NCBI GenBank assembly: GCA_000320545.1
Contig: ADNK01000515.1
Location: forward strand, 1 to 62,091
DNA length: 62,091 nt
Direction: 5' to 3'
From: Bigelowiella natans CCMP2755
Taxonomy: Eukaryota > Protista > Cercozoa
The notes under the pieces are model-generated. The model had not been told where the DNA came from. It saw only the letters and a program-made list of their open reading frames with translations, and did no database searches. Positions 32,761-47,544 of the stretch are shown piece after piece. Every line of letters starts with the position of its first letter. Position 1 is the stretch's first letter. The translations under genes were made by a program, and so were the position numbers.

Positions 32761-35700
32761 ATGCCAGTCATCAACCATGAGCATCGTAAGATCTACGGTG
32801 ATGCAGTGGGTTTTCTGAATCGAAAGGACAGGTCAAAGCTAATCAAGGAATCAAACAAGATAGGGATCCCCATTCCTCACTTCTCCCTTCCGGACATACC
32901 ACAAACACCACCGAACGACGGTGCTGACATCAATGTACGCCATACGAGAACTGAGAAGAAGGTTATAAAGCGTGGGAAGAGAGGTGGTAGCAAGAAACGG
33001 TTTGATTCGAGTATCCAGAAGGATCCTCCAATCAAAATATTAAATGGAAAGCGTCAGACCAGCGGTATTGGACACAGCCGCGTCGTTAAAAGGGTCGTTC
33101 GTGACAGGGTGAAAAGGAATCCGTACAGTGCGCGAAAGGTGTGGCAGCGGACGGTTCAGTCTGTCCGCACAGCAAAGGCAAGAACGACCATTCCCGCCAC
33201 TAATCTAGAAACCAAAAAATGGGTTCACAGACTGAGGAACGAACGGCGGTTAGAGGTCAGAAAGCCCAAATCTCCAGTATTAGTTCGCAAAAAGAAGAAG
33301 AAGAAGACGAAGACACCGACGGCATCCCCGCGGACAGTAATTGGGTCGCCCCAGTCAGCTGGCCGGGCCAGTGATTTCTGGCACCACATTCCAAACTCTG
33401 CCCGCCAGAAGGAGCTCAAAGCGGAAGAAGCCCAACGGGAACTAGAAAAAGCGAAAGTGCGTTACACAGAGTCTCCCCCCAAGGAAGAGACACCCCCCCC
33501 CCCCGTCACGGAGGATGCAGGCGGCAATGCTCCTTCTATCAAGGTTTCGCCGAACTTCTTCAACTCAGTATCGACAGGATCGGATACACCAGCCTCCGGA
33601 AGGTCACAAAAAGTCAGAGAAATGAAAAGCAAGTGGAAACGCACGCTGCCACGCTCGATAAATCTCCACTCGCCGGTGAGGCCTAGAGGCCCAGATCTTG
33701 ATGGACGGTGGCCACTGCGTCAGGTCCCAGACAAATTTTATGCATCCAAGCGAGAAGCTAGATTTCAATATCGACATCCGACGGAGGCCGAACTGGCTGC
33801 AGTTGCCAGGATGGAAGCCGCAGCAAGGAAAAAACCAAAGAAAAAGCCAAAGAAAATATTCGATGAAACCTTGCTCCTGCCCGAAGATAATGATGAACTT
33901 TCTGAAGAGGAGCTGCGCAACATAAATATGCCTCTCATGTCACCTACTTACAACATGACGTTTGAATATGAAGAGAGAAAAATTCCTCAGAAAAAGGTAG
34001 TAAAAAAGTACTAATCATTGGTGGTGGGTAATCGTATGATGTGACGACGACGAGAACGACACTAATGCTCCACATAATCGTAATTGAAGATAGCTACCAC
34101 CACACTATCATGATGACCATGAGAGAGTGCCTCTTTGATGCTCTTTTCATCAATAATACCATATCACCAGAGATCTTTTCTATAACTCAAATCTCACAAA
34201 TATCAGGTGGTTGAGGAGGTTGAAGAAGAAGAGGAGGAAGAGGTAGAAACCGCTCCAATCATATTCGATGCAGAAGCTGCGGAGCAGTTACGCGTGGAAG
34301 AAGAAGCACTTAAAAAGAGGAAAGAGATCGAAAGAAAAAAGAAAGAAAATGCCCGTGAAATTTACGTCATGGAGAACGAGGAGACAGAGAAATTTCTTAA
34401 GGCTGCAAAAGCCAAGGAAGCTCGAAAGAAAGCACGTATAGAGAAGAGAAGGCGTGAAGAGGCTGAGAAAAAACGGAAGAAGGCGGAAGAAAAGAAAAGG
34501 AGAGAAGAGGAGCGGCGACAGAAGGAGCTGGATGACCAAATCAAGTACAATGAGATGGACTACGTGGAATATTCGGATGAAGAGCTAGAAGAGGAGATCC
34601 CAAACGAACATAAACTCGCTCCGGAGGCGTTGAAGATTAAGGAGGCTCTCGACAAGCAAAAGGCAATTCTGAAACAAAAGGTCAAAGAGCTCGAGATGCA
34701 TAGCAAGAAGTTTACAAGCCTGATCAGGGCTGAGGAGAACAGGGTCAAATCCCAAGATAGGCAGACAGTGGAGTTCCAACAGAAGCTACGGAAGATGAGA
34801 GAAGAGGAAGAGATTCGCCACATCAATGCCATTCATGCAGCAAAGAAGAAAGACATCTACGAGCGAGAGCACATACAAGCCTTGGAGAGGAAGCGGCTTG
34901 CAGATGAGACGGCGGCGCGCCTGCAAAGAGAGAAGGAACAGAAGGAAGCTGAGGAAAAGGAGCTACAGAGGAGAGCCAAGATCGCGGTAGAAGATGAGCG
35001 TGTTCTTGAAGGTGTGGAGATCGATACGTGCCCAGAATCCCTTGGAGCTGAACCTCTCTGTGAGACCGGCTCTGATGGGAGATGCATCAAGTGTGGAGGA
35101 ATTCCAACTCACCATAATGACGATGAGGAGGGAGACGACGTGACCGCCGACATGTGCCCCATATTCCTAGGAAGGGAGCTCTGCCCACCTGGGCCGGATG
35201 GCGCGTGCAGAACATGTGGAATCATGGTGCGAAAGCTCAAAATGGACGAAGAGGCCGAGGAACATGATTTCGACGACGAGGACAACGACGACCGTGTTTG
35301 TGAGGGAATTGAAATAGAGTCCTGTCCTCTGACAATGGGAGGGCCTATATGCGTCGTGGGATCCGATCATAGATGCAAAAAATGCGGAGGAGTGCCGATA
35401 GATATGGACGACGATATTGAGGTGGAAGAGGACAGTGAGGTGGAAGTGTTCTGCCTTCTAAATTTCGGGAAGCCTGCCTGTGTAGATAGCGGGAAGTGCG
35501 CCAAGTGCGGACTCGATGTCGATGTGGCCAGACGTGAGGCAGAGGAGGCTGACGACGACGAGGACATGGAATACGATGATGGAAACTTCATCCACACAAC
35601 CTGCCCAATGACAATGGTAATATTACGGCTTTTGATTCTCACAAATGCATGGTTTCCACATCGATATAATTTGTTTCCCCGTGCTAATGCCATTTTTTCC

Positions 35701-36877
35701 CTGTCATCTACGTCGTGATCGTCAATAGGGGCAGGAAGCATGCCCTCCTACTTCGCTGGACGGCCGATGCGGAAGGTGTGGTGTACAAGTAGCTGAATCA
35801 GGCATTAGGGGAGGAAAAGAGCTACATGAGCTCGAAGTTCTGTCGGATGACGACGACGATGACGACGACGGTGATATCATAGAATACTGCCCAATGTCTA
35901 TGGGCTCCGCAGTATGTCCTCCTGACGGTCCAGATGGCAGATGTGGTCAGTGCGGCATGCAGGTTGCTGAGGATATACGATCAGAGGAGGAAAAGACAAA
36001 TAATAGAATGAAAGATTGTGGGGTCAGTGCCTCGAAGTCTGAATCGCTGGAAGACACACCAACAGCCTCTTTACAACGAATGCTTCAGGATGCACCGTAC
36101 TGCCCGCTCAGCATGGGATCACCACACTGCGATGAGCAAGAGTGTACTTGTGGAATAGCGGCAGCAAAGAGGGCGCCACAACGACGACGTCAGCCCGGTA
36201 TCAGCGTTAGGAGCCTACCTACCGACGAAGCAGTGGCGTCATCGTTATCGTCGCCACAATTTGAGTGCTTCACCGCTCGTCTGAAACACATGATGGGGGA
36301 GACAGAATACTGTCCAATATCTCTTGGGGCAGTTGCCTGCGCCCCTGAAGACTGTTCTTGCGGACGCTCGACCGTGGACATCGGCAGGGATAAAACAAAC
36401 CCTTTACACAGCCTCTCCACCTCCACAACTAGTAGTAGCAGCATCAGCAACAATACTCCAGCCAAGGATTCGAAGCTGCCCGTTTGCAAAGCAAAACCGA
36501 ATTCTGGTGCCGTCGTTCGATCCCTGGACCTACCAACCAACGAAGATGAGGAAGGCGGCAACGACAATAAACTTGAGCGCTTTACAACGAGATTACACGG
36601 CATCTTAGACTCCTCTCAGTACTGCCCAATATCGTTAGGGGCAAAGAAATGCCCACCCTCCAAGTGTGTGTGTGGTAGGCAGGCTCAGGGCAAAGCTGCT
36701 CGAGAGGATAATGCGCTCGAGTGCTTTACGGCAAGATTAGAGAGCATGGTGGATAGATCTTCCTATTGCCCGATGTCTCTCGGAGCAGATATCTGCAAGG
36801 AGGAAGATTGTACATGTGGACGTAAAGCATCACCCTCCCTGCAGAAAGATGACACTCTGAATGTGTCCTCTTCTTAA
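32761..36877 (+). CDS. Large basic/coiled-coil protein with ten Cys4 repeats; exons 32761-33996, 34207-35616, 35729-36877
   Basis: Three long ORFs joined by phase-0 GT-AG introns. One repeat (CPMTM|GQEAC) spans intron 2, which supports the splice. Confidence 0.8.
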
Positions 36878-37267
36878 TTGAGTGTACATGATTTGATTTA
36901 TGTAGATCATAAGCAGATTTTCTCGATATGGAATATACCAGCGATTGTACCTCATGCGTGCCACGCTGCGCTACTATGACTTGATGAAACAGTTGCACTG
37001 TGCGCCACTGACATGGTTCATTCATCATCAAGCAACCATGCATACAAGTGCCGATGTATGGCACGACGAACTTTCGGAGCAGCCAATGCATGTGCAATGC
37101 TATATCTAGAATGTGTGCATCATTTTGTGACAATTTCAACAATTAGGGTAGTTGCGTACCGCTAAAAGATGACAAGGACATACTTGCACAAATTATAATT
37201 GCGCACATATATGCGGCCGGGCTAGCGGGTCGAGCTCGCAATTATGGCAGTACTAGTTGGTGACCGA

Positions 37268-38877
37268 CTACTGTAATATTGATTTGACGGATACCTTGAG
37301 GCTGGATGCCTTACTCTCATTAGAACCAGTCTCAATGGTTGCAGCACAACACTGCAAATCATCCCCGGTCTGCGATTCTGAAACGAGCAGCTCGTCCAAC
37401 CGCATGATGAGGTGCCGCCTACTGTCTTCAATTTTCATTAGCCTTAATGACTCTGTAATGTAGCTCAGTTTCACTATCGGCACACCAGTACTCCTTGATC
37501 TAAATTGGAGCACATGGAATCGAAATGACAATATCAAAAACAACAACAACGACGATGATGACGATACAGAATGAGTTTGCTGCTGCTCACTGTATACACA
37601 TAGGTAATCAGAACATCATTCAAATGCGATGTTAACTAGTTTCGCTCATGATAATACCGTTTCACGAGGAGCCCCAAGACGTTATTGGATCGAGAGTCAG
37701 AATTGTTCAATACGTTTTCAATCTGTTAGGGAACGATAAGAATATTACCGGCATTGTTCATGAAGGCGAGGGTTGCCAAGACCTCGTTCCCCATAATTTT
37801 TTTCGTGGTCATTGTTGTAACGTACATATTTGGACATCCAAGATCGAAGTCTTTGCTTGCTCATATCGCAGACGATTTTCGTAACTTGTGCGGTTGGATC
37901 GCTTACTATTTCGCCTCCATTTAGGGACACCTTCTCGCTAACGATGGTAATGGTGATGATGACAATGATGATGATTATCAGGATGATGCCAACGACGATG
38001 ATTTTGGTGGCAGGTAGTATTTCACGACGGCAGGATGAGCGAGTAGCTATTCTAGTCGAGTAGATATCCTTCTCACACAGTTTTGGTTGAGTTCTCATCA
38101 CCGGATGATGTCAGCTTGTGGGGGGCTGATCCCGTAGCTCAGCATCCAAAGTGTTTCGCCCTTAAACATCGTACCGATTCTCGGAAGAACGATGTTAATG
38201 AGGTTAGATAGCGACAGGGACGACGTCCCCGCCCTCCGCAATTGCATCCTTCTCCTTCTCTTCGTTTTTTTCTTCGAATTGCTGTTATCTCCCTGGCTCA
38301 TGCTGCCTCCAACACGTGTGCCAGCGGCACTACTTACCTTTTTCCTCCTCGTCAATTTAAGAGCAGGCGACACAGGAGAGGAGAGAGGTCGAGAAGATGA
38401 GCGAGACGCCTCTCGAAGTATCCGATTGAGGGATTTCTATTTCACGTATGTGAGCATGTAGCAAGAAGGATGATTATGATTGATGATATCGTCGTGAGAG
38501 AATACATCGTGTAGGGTTATAGTTGAAACATTTTCCTTTCTCCTTTTCACCTTTCTGTCTATTCTCTCAATGATAAATAGGGGAGTCGTATGACAAACAA
38601 CGAAAGAATGGAGAGGGATGGGAGTATATATTAACAAAAAGAAATGTTCCCAATGTGAAGGCCAAAGGATGTGGAAGTATTCTTTCAGCATGTGCTTTGG
38701 GATGTTATGTGAAGTATATCTTCCTGATACTTGGTTTCATATAAATATTCATTCGTTGTTCTCTATTGTCGATTGTGCACCTTCACATTGATTTCATCCT
38801 GAAACTCCTTGAGTGCTGATTTCCTGCGACAGTCATTTTATTCTTAACATTATATAAATAGACCGAGAGGAGGATAA

Positions 38878-38908
<31 letters not shown>

Positions 38909-39285
38909 CGATGACCGCATTTCCTGCTCAGCTGGGCTCTCGGAAGACAGGAGAAGTTCATACTTTTTGCAATCCTGCACGGGTTACAAGGCAGTAATAT
39001 CAGACACCAGGAAGTAGGTACCGCTTTGTTCGCCTCCTCTTCCTCACCTTATCCCTACCAAATGCCTCGGACTAATACTGGTACTAAGAACAACGTCAAA
39101 TAAATTAGCAGTAACATCAGATGTAGCAACCTTCACCCAACCCCGGCAGGTTCCCTCTTCCAGCCTCTGTAAGATAGGGTCCGCCTTCAAAAGATCGTCC
39201 TTCAACCTGATGATGATGAATTCAACTACCGTGTGTACCAACGTAACAACAACAACAACAACAACTTTCGAGCGGAGTTAGTGGC

Positions 39286-39328
<43 letters not shown>

Positions 39329-39875
39329 GATGATGATTCGTTTTAGACATGATCGCCAAAAGAGATTCTGCAGGATCAGAAAGTACCACATGCTAGTGCC
39401 ATCAGTGACAACAAGTCTTGATGATGACGATGATGATGGGGATGATGATGATGATGATGATGATGATGACGATGACGACGATAATTGGTCATCGCTTGCC
39501 GCTTTTCGAGCCATTTCTACCACCTCGTAAAGACTCTTCACGTCGAAGGTCAGCTGGACCTAATATGATGGGAGGAAAAGTGCTCATGAGCTTCTTTCTC
39601 GATTCTGGCAAGAAAGTAATGTACATGTGTATGAGAGAGAGGGGGGGAGAAGAGAGATGGAATATGTTTCCTGATATTTTAGCAACATTATCAACAAAAG
39701 CCAAGAAGAACGAGACCATCTTCTGGTCCACGACGCTTCTTGCAAGCCCGTCCCGTGCTACTTGTCGACGGAAGACAAATTGCTCCAAGCTCCCTGGATA
39801 TGCATACAAAAGAGGCGAAGAATAGCAACGGGGAGGACGAGGAGAGAAAGAAAAAAGACAGAGAGTGAGTGCGAT

Positions 39876-39916
<41 letters not shown>

Positions 39917-40626
39917 GAAGGAGAGATCATGCAGAAAAACAAGCAAGATTCGCTGGATGTTTTTATTAAACGCGGCTTACATCAAGGTATACCTACGAAC
40001 AAGAAAAGTTTCTTACAAAGTAAGGTGAGAACCTATACATCTCTCTGTTCCTGATTCTGATGTCGTCAATCTTGCATCTTTTTGCTCTTATAGACACATG
40101 CATGCACCCCGCCCTGCTAATTCCTACTACTACCGGCTGTGAGTAGTCGGTAGATCATGACTTGATGGGGCTGGCCAAATCGGTAGCATCTTTGTTCAAG
40201 AAAACAATCGTGTAATATACACAAGTAATGAAGTGATGATGAAGATGATGAGGATAATGGTGATAACGATGATGGGAAACTTTTATCAGATTTTCTTTTG
40301 ACCTTCTAATCGCCTGTACATCATCACATGGATTCCAGCTAATATCCAGCAGGACTACGCGACTCCCACCCACAAGACTGATGCCTTCACCCCCGGCCTT
40401 AGTGGAGATTAGGAACAGCTTAAGTGTCGAGGAATCCGAACAGTTGAACCTATCTATGAGCTTCGATCTCTGGCTGGAGGGTGTTTGGCCGTCCATACGC
40501 AAAATCTCTTCATAGTGGCGATCCCCCCCTGACAGCCTGCTTAGTGGCAGAACAGGAATAGTCGTAACAGTTAGTAGAAGAGGTGAGCTGGGACGCTCGC
40601 ACATTGTCATAGCTAAAATTTGCAGC

Positions 40627-40657
<31 letters not shown>

Positions 40658-43600
40658 TGCATGCATGCATACATAATATCCAACCCGCCCTCTCTTGGAG
40701 GCGTGAGCATGTCCTCCAAAAAGTTAAGGCTGTCCAATGAGCTTTATTCAGCCAGGGAAGAGAGATGCAGTGAAGAGAACATTAATATAGAAGACAGAGA
40801 AAAGAGAATAAGGTGCACAGATAATGATCAAAGTGGCTAAGGGCTAGAGATATCATAAACAACAGCAGTAATGAATCATCAGGGTATCAGTTGGCGAGGC
40901 GACCATCAATACCGTGAGAAGATAATGGTGTTTTCTCCCCGTCTCGCGAAGCCTTTGAGCAACGTCATTAGGACCTAGTTGTATTTCCGTTTTCGTTTAT
41001 GTAGCATTGTAATAAAAAGAACAATAACAACAACAACAACGACAACCATCAGCGATTTACTTCTTCTCCTTCTTCTTCTTCTTCGTCTTCTTCTTCTTCT
41101 TCCTCTTGTTATTATTCTTGTTATTACTACTTACTACTTCTGCTTACCACAATTTTGCCACTATGCTCAGGTTTGTTCTCAGCGAGGCTACCATCATCCA
41201 CATTCAACAGTTCATTATAGATGGCTTCCTCCTGTGGAAATAATGATAGTGATGATAATGAACTTTAAAAAACTTCACACTACAGCGGTTACCAAACTTC
41301 CCCATATCGACTCTCTGTCCCCTGGCGAAGGAAGAAGAAGAAGACCAAAGACGGCTATTAGAATGTGATAAGATTTTGCGCTGGAGCCATGTCTTAAATA
41401 ATACGCTCCAATGGTTTGGTTTGGAATGTAGGTAGGATGTAGTTGTAGCACCTCCTGTATCATCAGCATCAGGCTCGAAGAGGGCACGATTCAACTGTAT
41501 GTCGTTCAGCTCGTCTAAGTACACTATAAACAGGGAGACTCAGCAGACGTATTGAAGTAAAATAAGACCAAATGACCTGACTGAATAATAGTAATCCCAC
41601 CCCCACGATCATCATCATCATCATCATCATCATTTACATCATTATAAAGTTCTAGCTGCCTCTCGTCTCTCCTAACGTACTTTTGAGGATCTTTGGGTGA
41701 TTAAATAGCAGCTTGATCTGGTTGTACACTTTGAGGAAGCTCTTCCACTGTCCTTGCGTCTTTAGGTACTTGAGAAAAACCCTGACATCATCCCAACGCG
41801 ACAGTTATGGAGGGTAATTACTAATCGATACAACAAAGTACCGTCGTTGAAGCGTTGAAGATTTACACCAGATGACGAATTCGTGTTTTCTAGGAAGCAT
41901 CCCCTCGAGAAGTTCGCTGCCTCTTCTGAGGACTATGCCTTTCACCTTATCTTGCAGTACGAAGATCCTCTACCAACCCCCCGAGGTTGGGTTTATAGCA
42001 ATGATTACAATGATGATGATGATGGTGATGTGATGAGTTGCACTTTATCAGTTGTCTAATACGATAATACTCTTTGATAACATTGATAAAAAAAATATAC
42101 ATATAACCAGTTGAAAAATATGCCACACACACACACACCCACACACTTTTATTTATACTTTTATATATCTGGACGGCATAGGTTTCTGTTTGATAAATGA
42201 ATCAGAATCACAAGCCTACGGAGCTTTACTGGAAAATTTTGTCAAACGTTTCGACCTGTGCCGAACAAAAGTTCCTAGGTTTGTGTTTTTTCCGGGGGGG
42301 GAGATCGTACTATTTTCACACACCGCGAACTACTTTGGTACCTTCTGAGATTGGACCATCCTCAAGTGCGAAGAATCACTACGGCAACCGTCGCATATCG
42401 GTCGTACAAAATATTCTTGGAAGTTCTTTCGGTACACATGCAAACAGTATTTAGAGTAGAAGGGATGATTCCGAGGTGTTTGCGAGAATTCACCTTCAAG
42501 TCGCCGAGAACTCCAGGCTCTATGAAGTTCATCATACACCAATACTCGACAAGCTAGATACGCCAGATGCAGTGATGATATATTGAAAGAGGCAAAACTA
42601 CGAACAAGGGAGATATAGCACCTTAGTTTGTAATGGATACCCAGTGATAACGATCTTTTTCTTCGACCTAAGAGTAGAGCTCTCATTGCTATGCTATTTA
42701 ATCCACCCCTCGCTGCCATTGTTGTTTGGGGATTTTCCCTACCTTATGCGGGACAGAGCAACTGTTAGTCTAGCATTTAACGATCGTAAACGATGTCCTA
42801 TTGAAAAGGAATGAAGAACGTCAAAAGCAAACATTCTTGATGGAATAATCTTTAATGAGCATATACCTTCATCAAGCACTAATATTTCGGGCTTCAGCAA
42901 TTCTTTCAGACTCCTGAAGAACGAATATGAGCATCATTACAGAAAACACAGGTATTTTCTCTGATCTGACCGGTAGCCTTCCACAACAGATCTAAATGTC
43001 TCATATCCTAGCAATAAAATTCCCCCGAACCGGGCCTAGGCATGATGGAACATGTAGTAAGTATCATGCGCTATCAAGTATCTTGGAGAGAACCCATTTT
43101 GCTGTTGTTGCTTCCCGGTTCGAGGACGTGTAGGTATACGGCTGAATCTCAGATCGACTAGGGAACCATTTCAAGGTTTCTTTCTTCCAATTTGCGATTA
43201 CGGTAGCTGGTGTGATGAGCAGTATCCGTGGGTAGCTCCTGCTTCCTCGCTTCATGAGGCTCAGGAACATGCACAGAACTGTAAGGACCTGCAGCGTCTT
43301 ACCAAGGCCCATGAAGTCTGCCTGATTGTGAAAAAAAAATAATATACATAATGAAGCGTACATTTGGATGAACCATCGTATCACCAGTAAACATCCTGGA
43401 CTCGATCTAGAAACTAGGTGTCGCCAGAGAAATATCACGCCGTCAATCTGTTTGGGCAAAGTAATGTCTAATTTCTTCGCCTGTATTTGTGTTTCCCCAA
43501 AAAAACTTACCTGATGTGGCTTTAATATATGCCGCACCTCTGCAGGCAAAATAGGATGATCATTGGTTGGAGACACAGGCTCTTCTCTTTCCGATGTCCC

Positions 43601-43756
43601 TTGTCCTCCTTTCACCAAAACTAAACGTTTAGCTCCAGCAGCATTTCGAAATCGGCGCGCGTGTCTCTTTCCTGGTGCTCGAGAAGGCATGTGTTTAAAT
43701 TGAAGACCATGTTTTGCGGGTGGCGGGGTTGGGCTTGGGGTGCTCTTAGTGTCCAT
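37268..43756 (-). CDS. SNF2-family helicase (ATRX/ARIP4-like) with a BRCT-like C-terminus, multi-exon; start uncertain
   Basis: LKPHQ, ADFMGLGKTLQ, PATVIANWKKE, LDEG, TGYP, RMDGQT, LISTKAGGEGISLVGGSRVVLLDISWNPCDDVQAI, YRFGQ. Confidence 0.88.
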
Positions 43757-44316
43757 AGATGGGCCAAGGCCGGGAAGCTCTTACGGTCAGCCTTTCTCCT
43801 TCCGATATCAAGGTCGCAAAACACATGCGGTTTAAGGAGTGCGTCTTGGCTTTCGTCCCTTCCAAGTAAAAAAGAGATGTATTGAGCCAACTTGGGATAG
43901 TTCGCCGATAAGAACAGGAATACATTTGACTCTAAGCCAGATAATAATGTTGTATTTGTTGTAGTGCCAATTGAGTTGAATGTCGCTCCATCCTGAACAA
44001 CATGTACAAGAAAATCAAATCCATACCGGGAAGATTTCCCACCGCAAATAACCTAGATCTAACGCCAGCGAGACGTATTCCTCTGACACTCGGTCTGACG
44101 TTCAGAGACGAGGCACGCAATCGATTAGAATATTCTCAGGATAATTTCGGGACAGAGTTGAAGCAAAAGAAAGGCTGGCACTGGCGGGGACTATTGTTTG
44201 TTTGGTCATTAGGATTCAACTCCCGACTGCACCCCCCTCTCCCTGAGCGAAGAATCGCCACCAAAGGGTGAAAGTATCTATTGGGAGAGAAGAAATGAAA
44301 ATTTGAGGGCAGTGGG

Positions 44317-47300
44317 ATGACTCCGACGAAAGTATCACAATCGGGCTATGCTCCGTTGGACAACGATGAAGAAAGGTGAATGCTTCTAGGAGGCCACCAC
44401 ATTTTCGTTAATCATGAAATAGTTAAGCAGAATACCTCACTTTCTTCATTTCTTCAGAAAGGATAGAAGCTACCGAACGGATGTTAAGAATAGTGCCAGT
44501 CCTCAGGTAATGCGATCTGAATTTTAAAAAATGCTGAACTAAAATTCCGCCGGAATCCTAATATTCACAGATGTCAAGTGGACGTAAACGTGGAAGGTCG
44601 CGTGAGAACAAAGGGTAACAGATAACATCTCATAGTGATAATATGAATGATTTGGTCCATCTGATGCCTGATTGCTGAATCACTCAATTCTGTTATGCAA
44701 AATTAATAGCTTCAAAATAAGTTTCGTGGACGAGTCCTTCTTTGTTGTAGCCAGACCCTGGGTAATTTCATAGATTAGTTCATCATCTCGCTCGCCTCTA
44801 CTTTCATCCATTTCTCATAGAAGATCTATTATCGTCTGGTTTGTCGGTTGGCGGCTTACGATTTGGTGTGATTGGATCAGAAATCGCTCGCATTTCAGCA
44901 AAGCAAGGATACTATTGGCCGTTATCTTTACTGGGGTGCGTAGTTGATTGTGTGTATGGTGGAGGAGAGGGAGGGAGGAGATGACATCATGTATCTACAT
45001 TGGCTCTGTAGTGAGAAAGAAGGGTGAGGGTTTTGAGTAGAGTCACTGCTTTTCGTTGCATTGACACTCTTAATAACTCCTGCCTTCTCCTCCTCTACCC
45101 TCTTTACCTATGCCTGACTATATGATAGGTTTACCTTTGTACGTCCTGTGCAGTACAGTCTTCGTAGGCTATTCGCAATTTGCCACTACAGGCACATCGC
45201 AGCTTGACATTGAAGACAACAACAGAGACGTTCTGAATTCCAATGTAAGTGATTTTTGCCGTGACTGTCTCTTCTTATCCCTTCCTTCCCTCTATTATCG
45301 CCTGCATTGTCGTCACCATGGAACTACTCTACACTCAGGTCAAGGATTACTCAAATATCGACAACGTGCGAATGACATTCGACTCGGGAGCAACACGTAT
45401 GAGGAATTCGTATGCTTTTTCTTGCTGCCATCCTCCTCGCTCCCCTTTCTTGTACGAGCGACTGATTGCTTCTTGTTCTTTTTAACCACTCAACAAGTTC
45501 TCGGATTAATTGTTGGCTGGGGATCTCTCGTTGTCCCTCATTTACTGCACGGCCTGATACTTATTATGTGGTTTCTTCCGGTCAGTACCTAGCTGTTATT
45601 TTTTCTGCACAAAACGACCCTTCTCCTCTTCCATTTGCTACAATCGTCTACTTTTCCTCCTAGGATACCAGCTGATATTTGTCGTCGTCGTCGGTGTGTG
45701 TATGTGTGTGTGTGTGCGTGTTTGCGTGTGTGTGTATTTTATTTGGATGCTGTTTACACACCAAGATGGAAAATTCGTTTCGAGGCCATGGGCTCTTCGT
45801 AATGTCTCAATTATGCAAGGTGGATAAAAGCATTTGACTCGCACGAAATTGTTCATAAACATACTGCAAAGTCGTGGAGGATGTAGAGCGCAAAACGGAT
45901 CCTTCCTAACAGAACCGCGATAGTTCTCGTACTAATTGTTAAAATAATATCTTTATTTGTACGTCCGTACTGCTGTAGATGGTTTGGGCAGGGACCGTAA
46001 ACGCCGGAATCGCCGTCATAGCGTTCATGATCAACGTGGAGGTCAATGCGCCGGAAATCGGGGAGAAAGTCAGCTTGATGCTCTTCCAGACGCAAACAAA
46101 ACGTAAGTGCGTGCAATTGTAATGTGAGAAGAAAGCATTGCAGCAGATAGCATTATTTTCTTTGAACTACTTTTCCTACTGCTACTATTACTACTACTAC
46201 TACTACTACTGCTACTACTTGACATCGTTCTTCATCTCCTTTGGCAAATATTGTGATGAAGATGAAGACTAATAACTTCCTCCACTCACCCATTGCTTGC
46301 ATGGTAACAATAGTTGCTTACGTCCAAATCGCGGATTACATTTTGATGATCATGCTCGTGCATTGGCTGCTGCGACGGCACCGCGAAGCTATTCAACTGG
46401 ACCTGCAAGATGCCGTCCTGCATCTCCCTGATCAGAGCTACACTGGTGGACTCCTTCCTAAGGTGTTGGAGGGGGACAACGAAAACGAAGATGGGGCAGA
46501 ACACGATGCGCAAAAAGTACAAGTGCCAGAGCAGAAGGGATGGGAGGAGGAAACGACTAGCCCTGAATATGCAGCAGTCAATCCGCTTATCGCAGGACGA
46601 CAGGAGGAAGAGGAGGAGGAGAGCCAAGGAGAATCGACAAGTAGCCTCGCACAATGCTGCTTGGTAATGAGGTCTTTGAAATGGAGCGATGCTTTTGGTT
46701 GGAGAAGAGTAAAGGCTAACAGCGGCCCATACGGTCGGTGGAGGCAACGTGTTATCTTTTGGGGATTTTTAGCCTTCGCCTGTCTCTCAATGGGGATGGC
46801 GGTTGCGGCTGCCCGCAGCACTTTCGCGACGATCCACCTTCAGGGTCTCGCTTCTGCCCTTGCCCCGACAGATGATAAGGATGTGATATTGTGGAACTTC
46901 CCCCACGATGGCTCTCGAAAGCTTGGTAACGAGGCTATGATCAACTTTACCCAAAGTCTTTTCACATGGCTTTACCTTGTGGCTCCCGGACTGGTGGGAG
47001 TGGCTGTGATCATGTTCTGGATTCTTCCCATCCCGAGGTCCCTCCAGCTGTCAGCGCTATACCTCGTGGAGGTGCTCAGCGGCTGGTCTTGTTTGGAGCT
47101 GTGGTTTTTCACTGCGTCCATTAGTCTCACTTCGCTCAGGGTCGGTTTCTATGTATCTCTTCTGAATTACTCGATTATTTGGCCCTCTCGCTGTTGCATA
47201 AAATTTTTTATTTAGTTGATTTGCGTTGTGTTGTTCGTTCACAGATCTTATGCGACAGTCTCCTCGCTGATATAGAGTTATGCGAAACTCTTGCGAAAAC

Positions 47301-47544
47301 CGGTACAGTGTGCTTTTCAGTTAACTCAGAGTTCACATCAGATACATGGTGGATGATTCTTGCTGCTATTCTGCATCGTGTCATGATATTCGTCTTTATA
47401 TCTCGCACGAAAATCTTGCTAACTGAGGAAGTGCACGTGACATTTACGCCAAGCAAATCCCGAACTCCTGCACGTAGCGTTGCTAGTCGTCGCGAAGTAA
47501 CTTTTGCTGTGTCTCCCATACAAGAAGTCGTCCATGATACCTAG
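44317..47544 (+). CDS. Multi-pass membrane protein, tentatively paraquat-inducible protein A (PqiA)-like; multi-exon
   Basis: Two repeated hydrophobic modules (..VP..LILIMWFLP and ..AP..VIMFWILP..LSGWSCLELW) around an acidic loop. Stop at 47542-47544. Confidence 0.5.
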
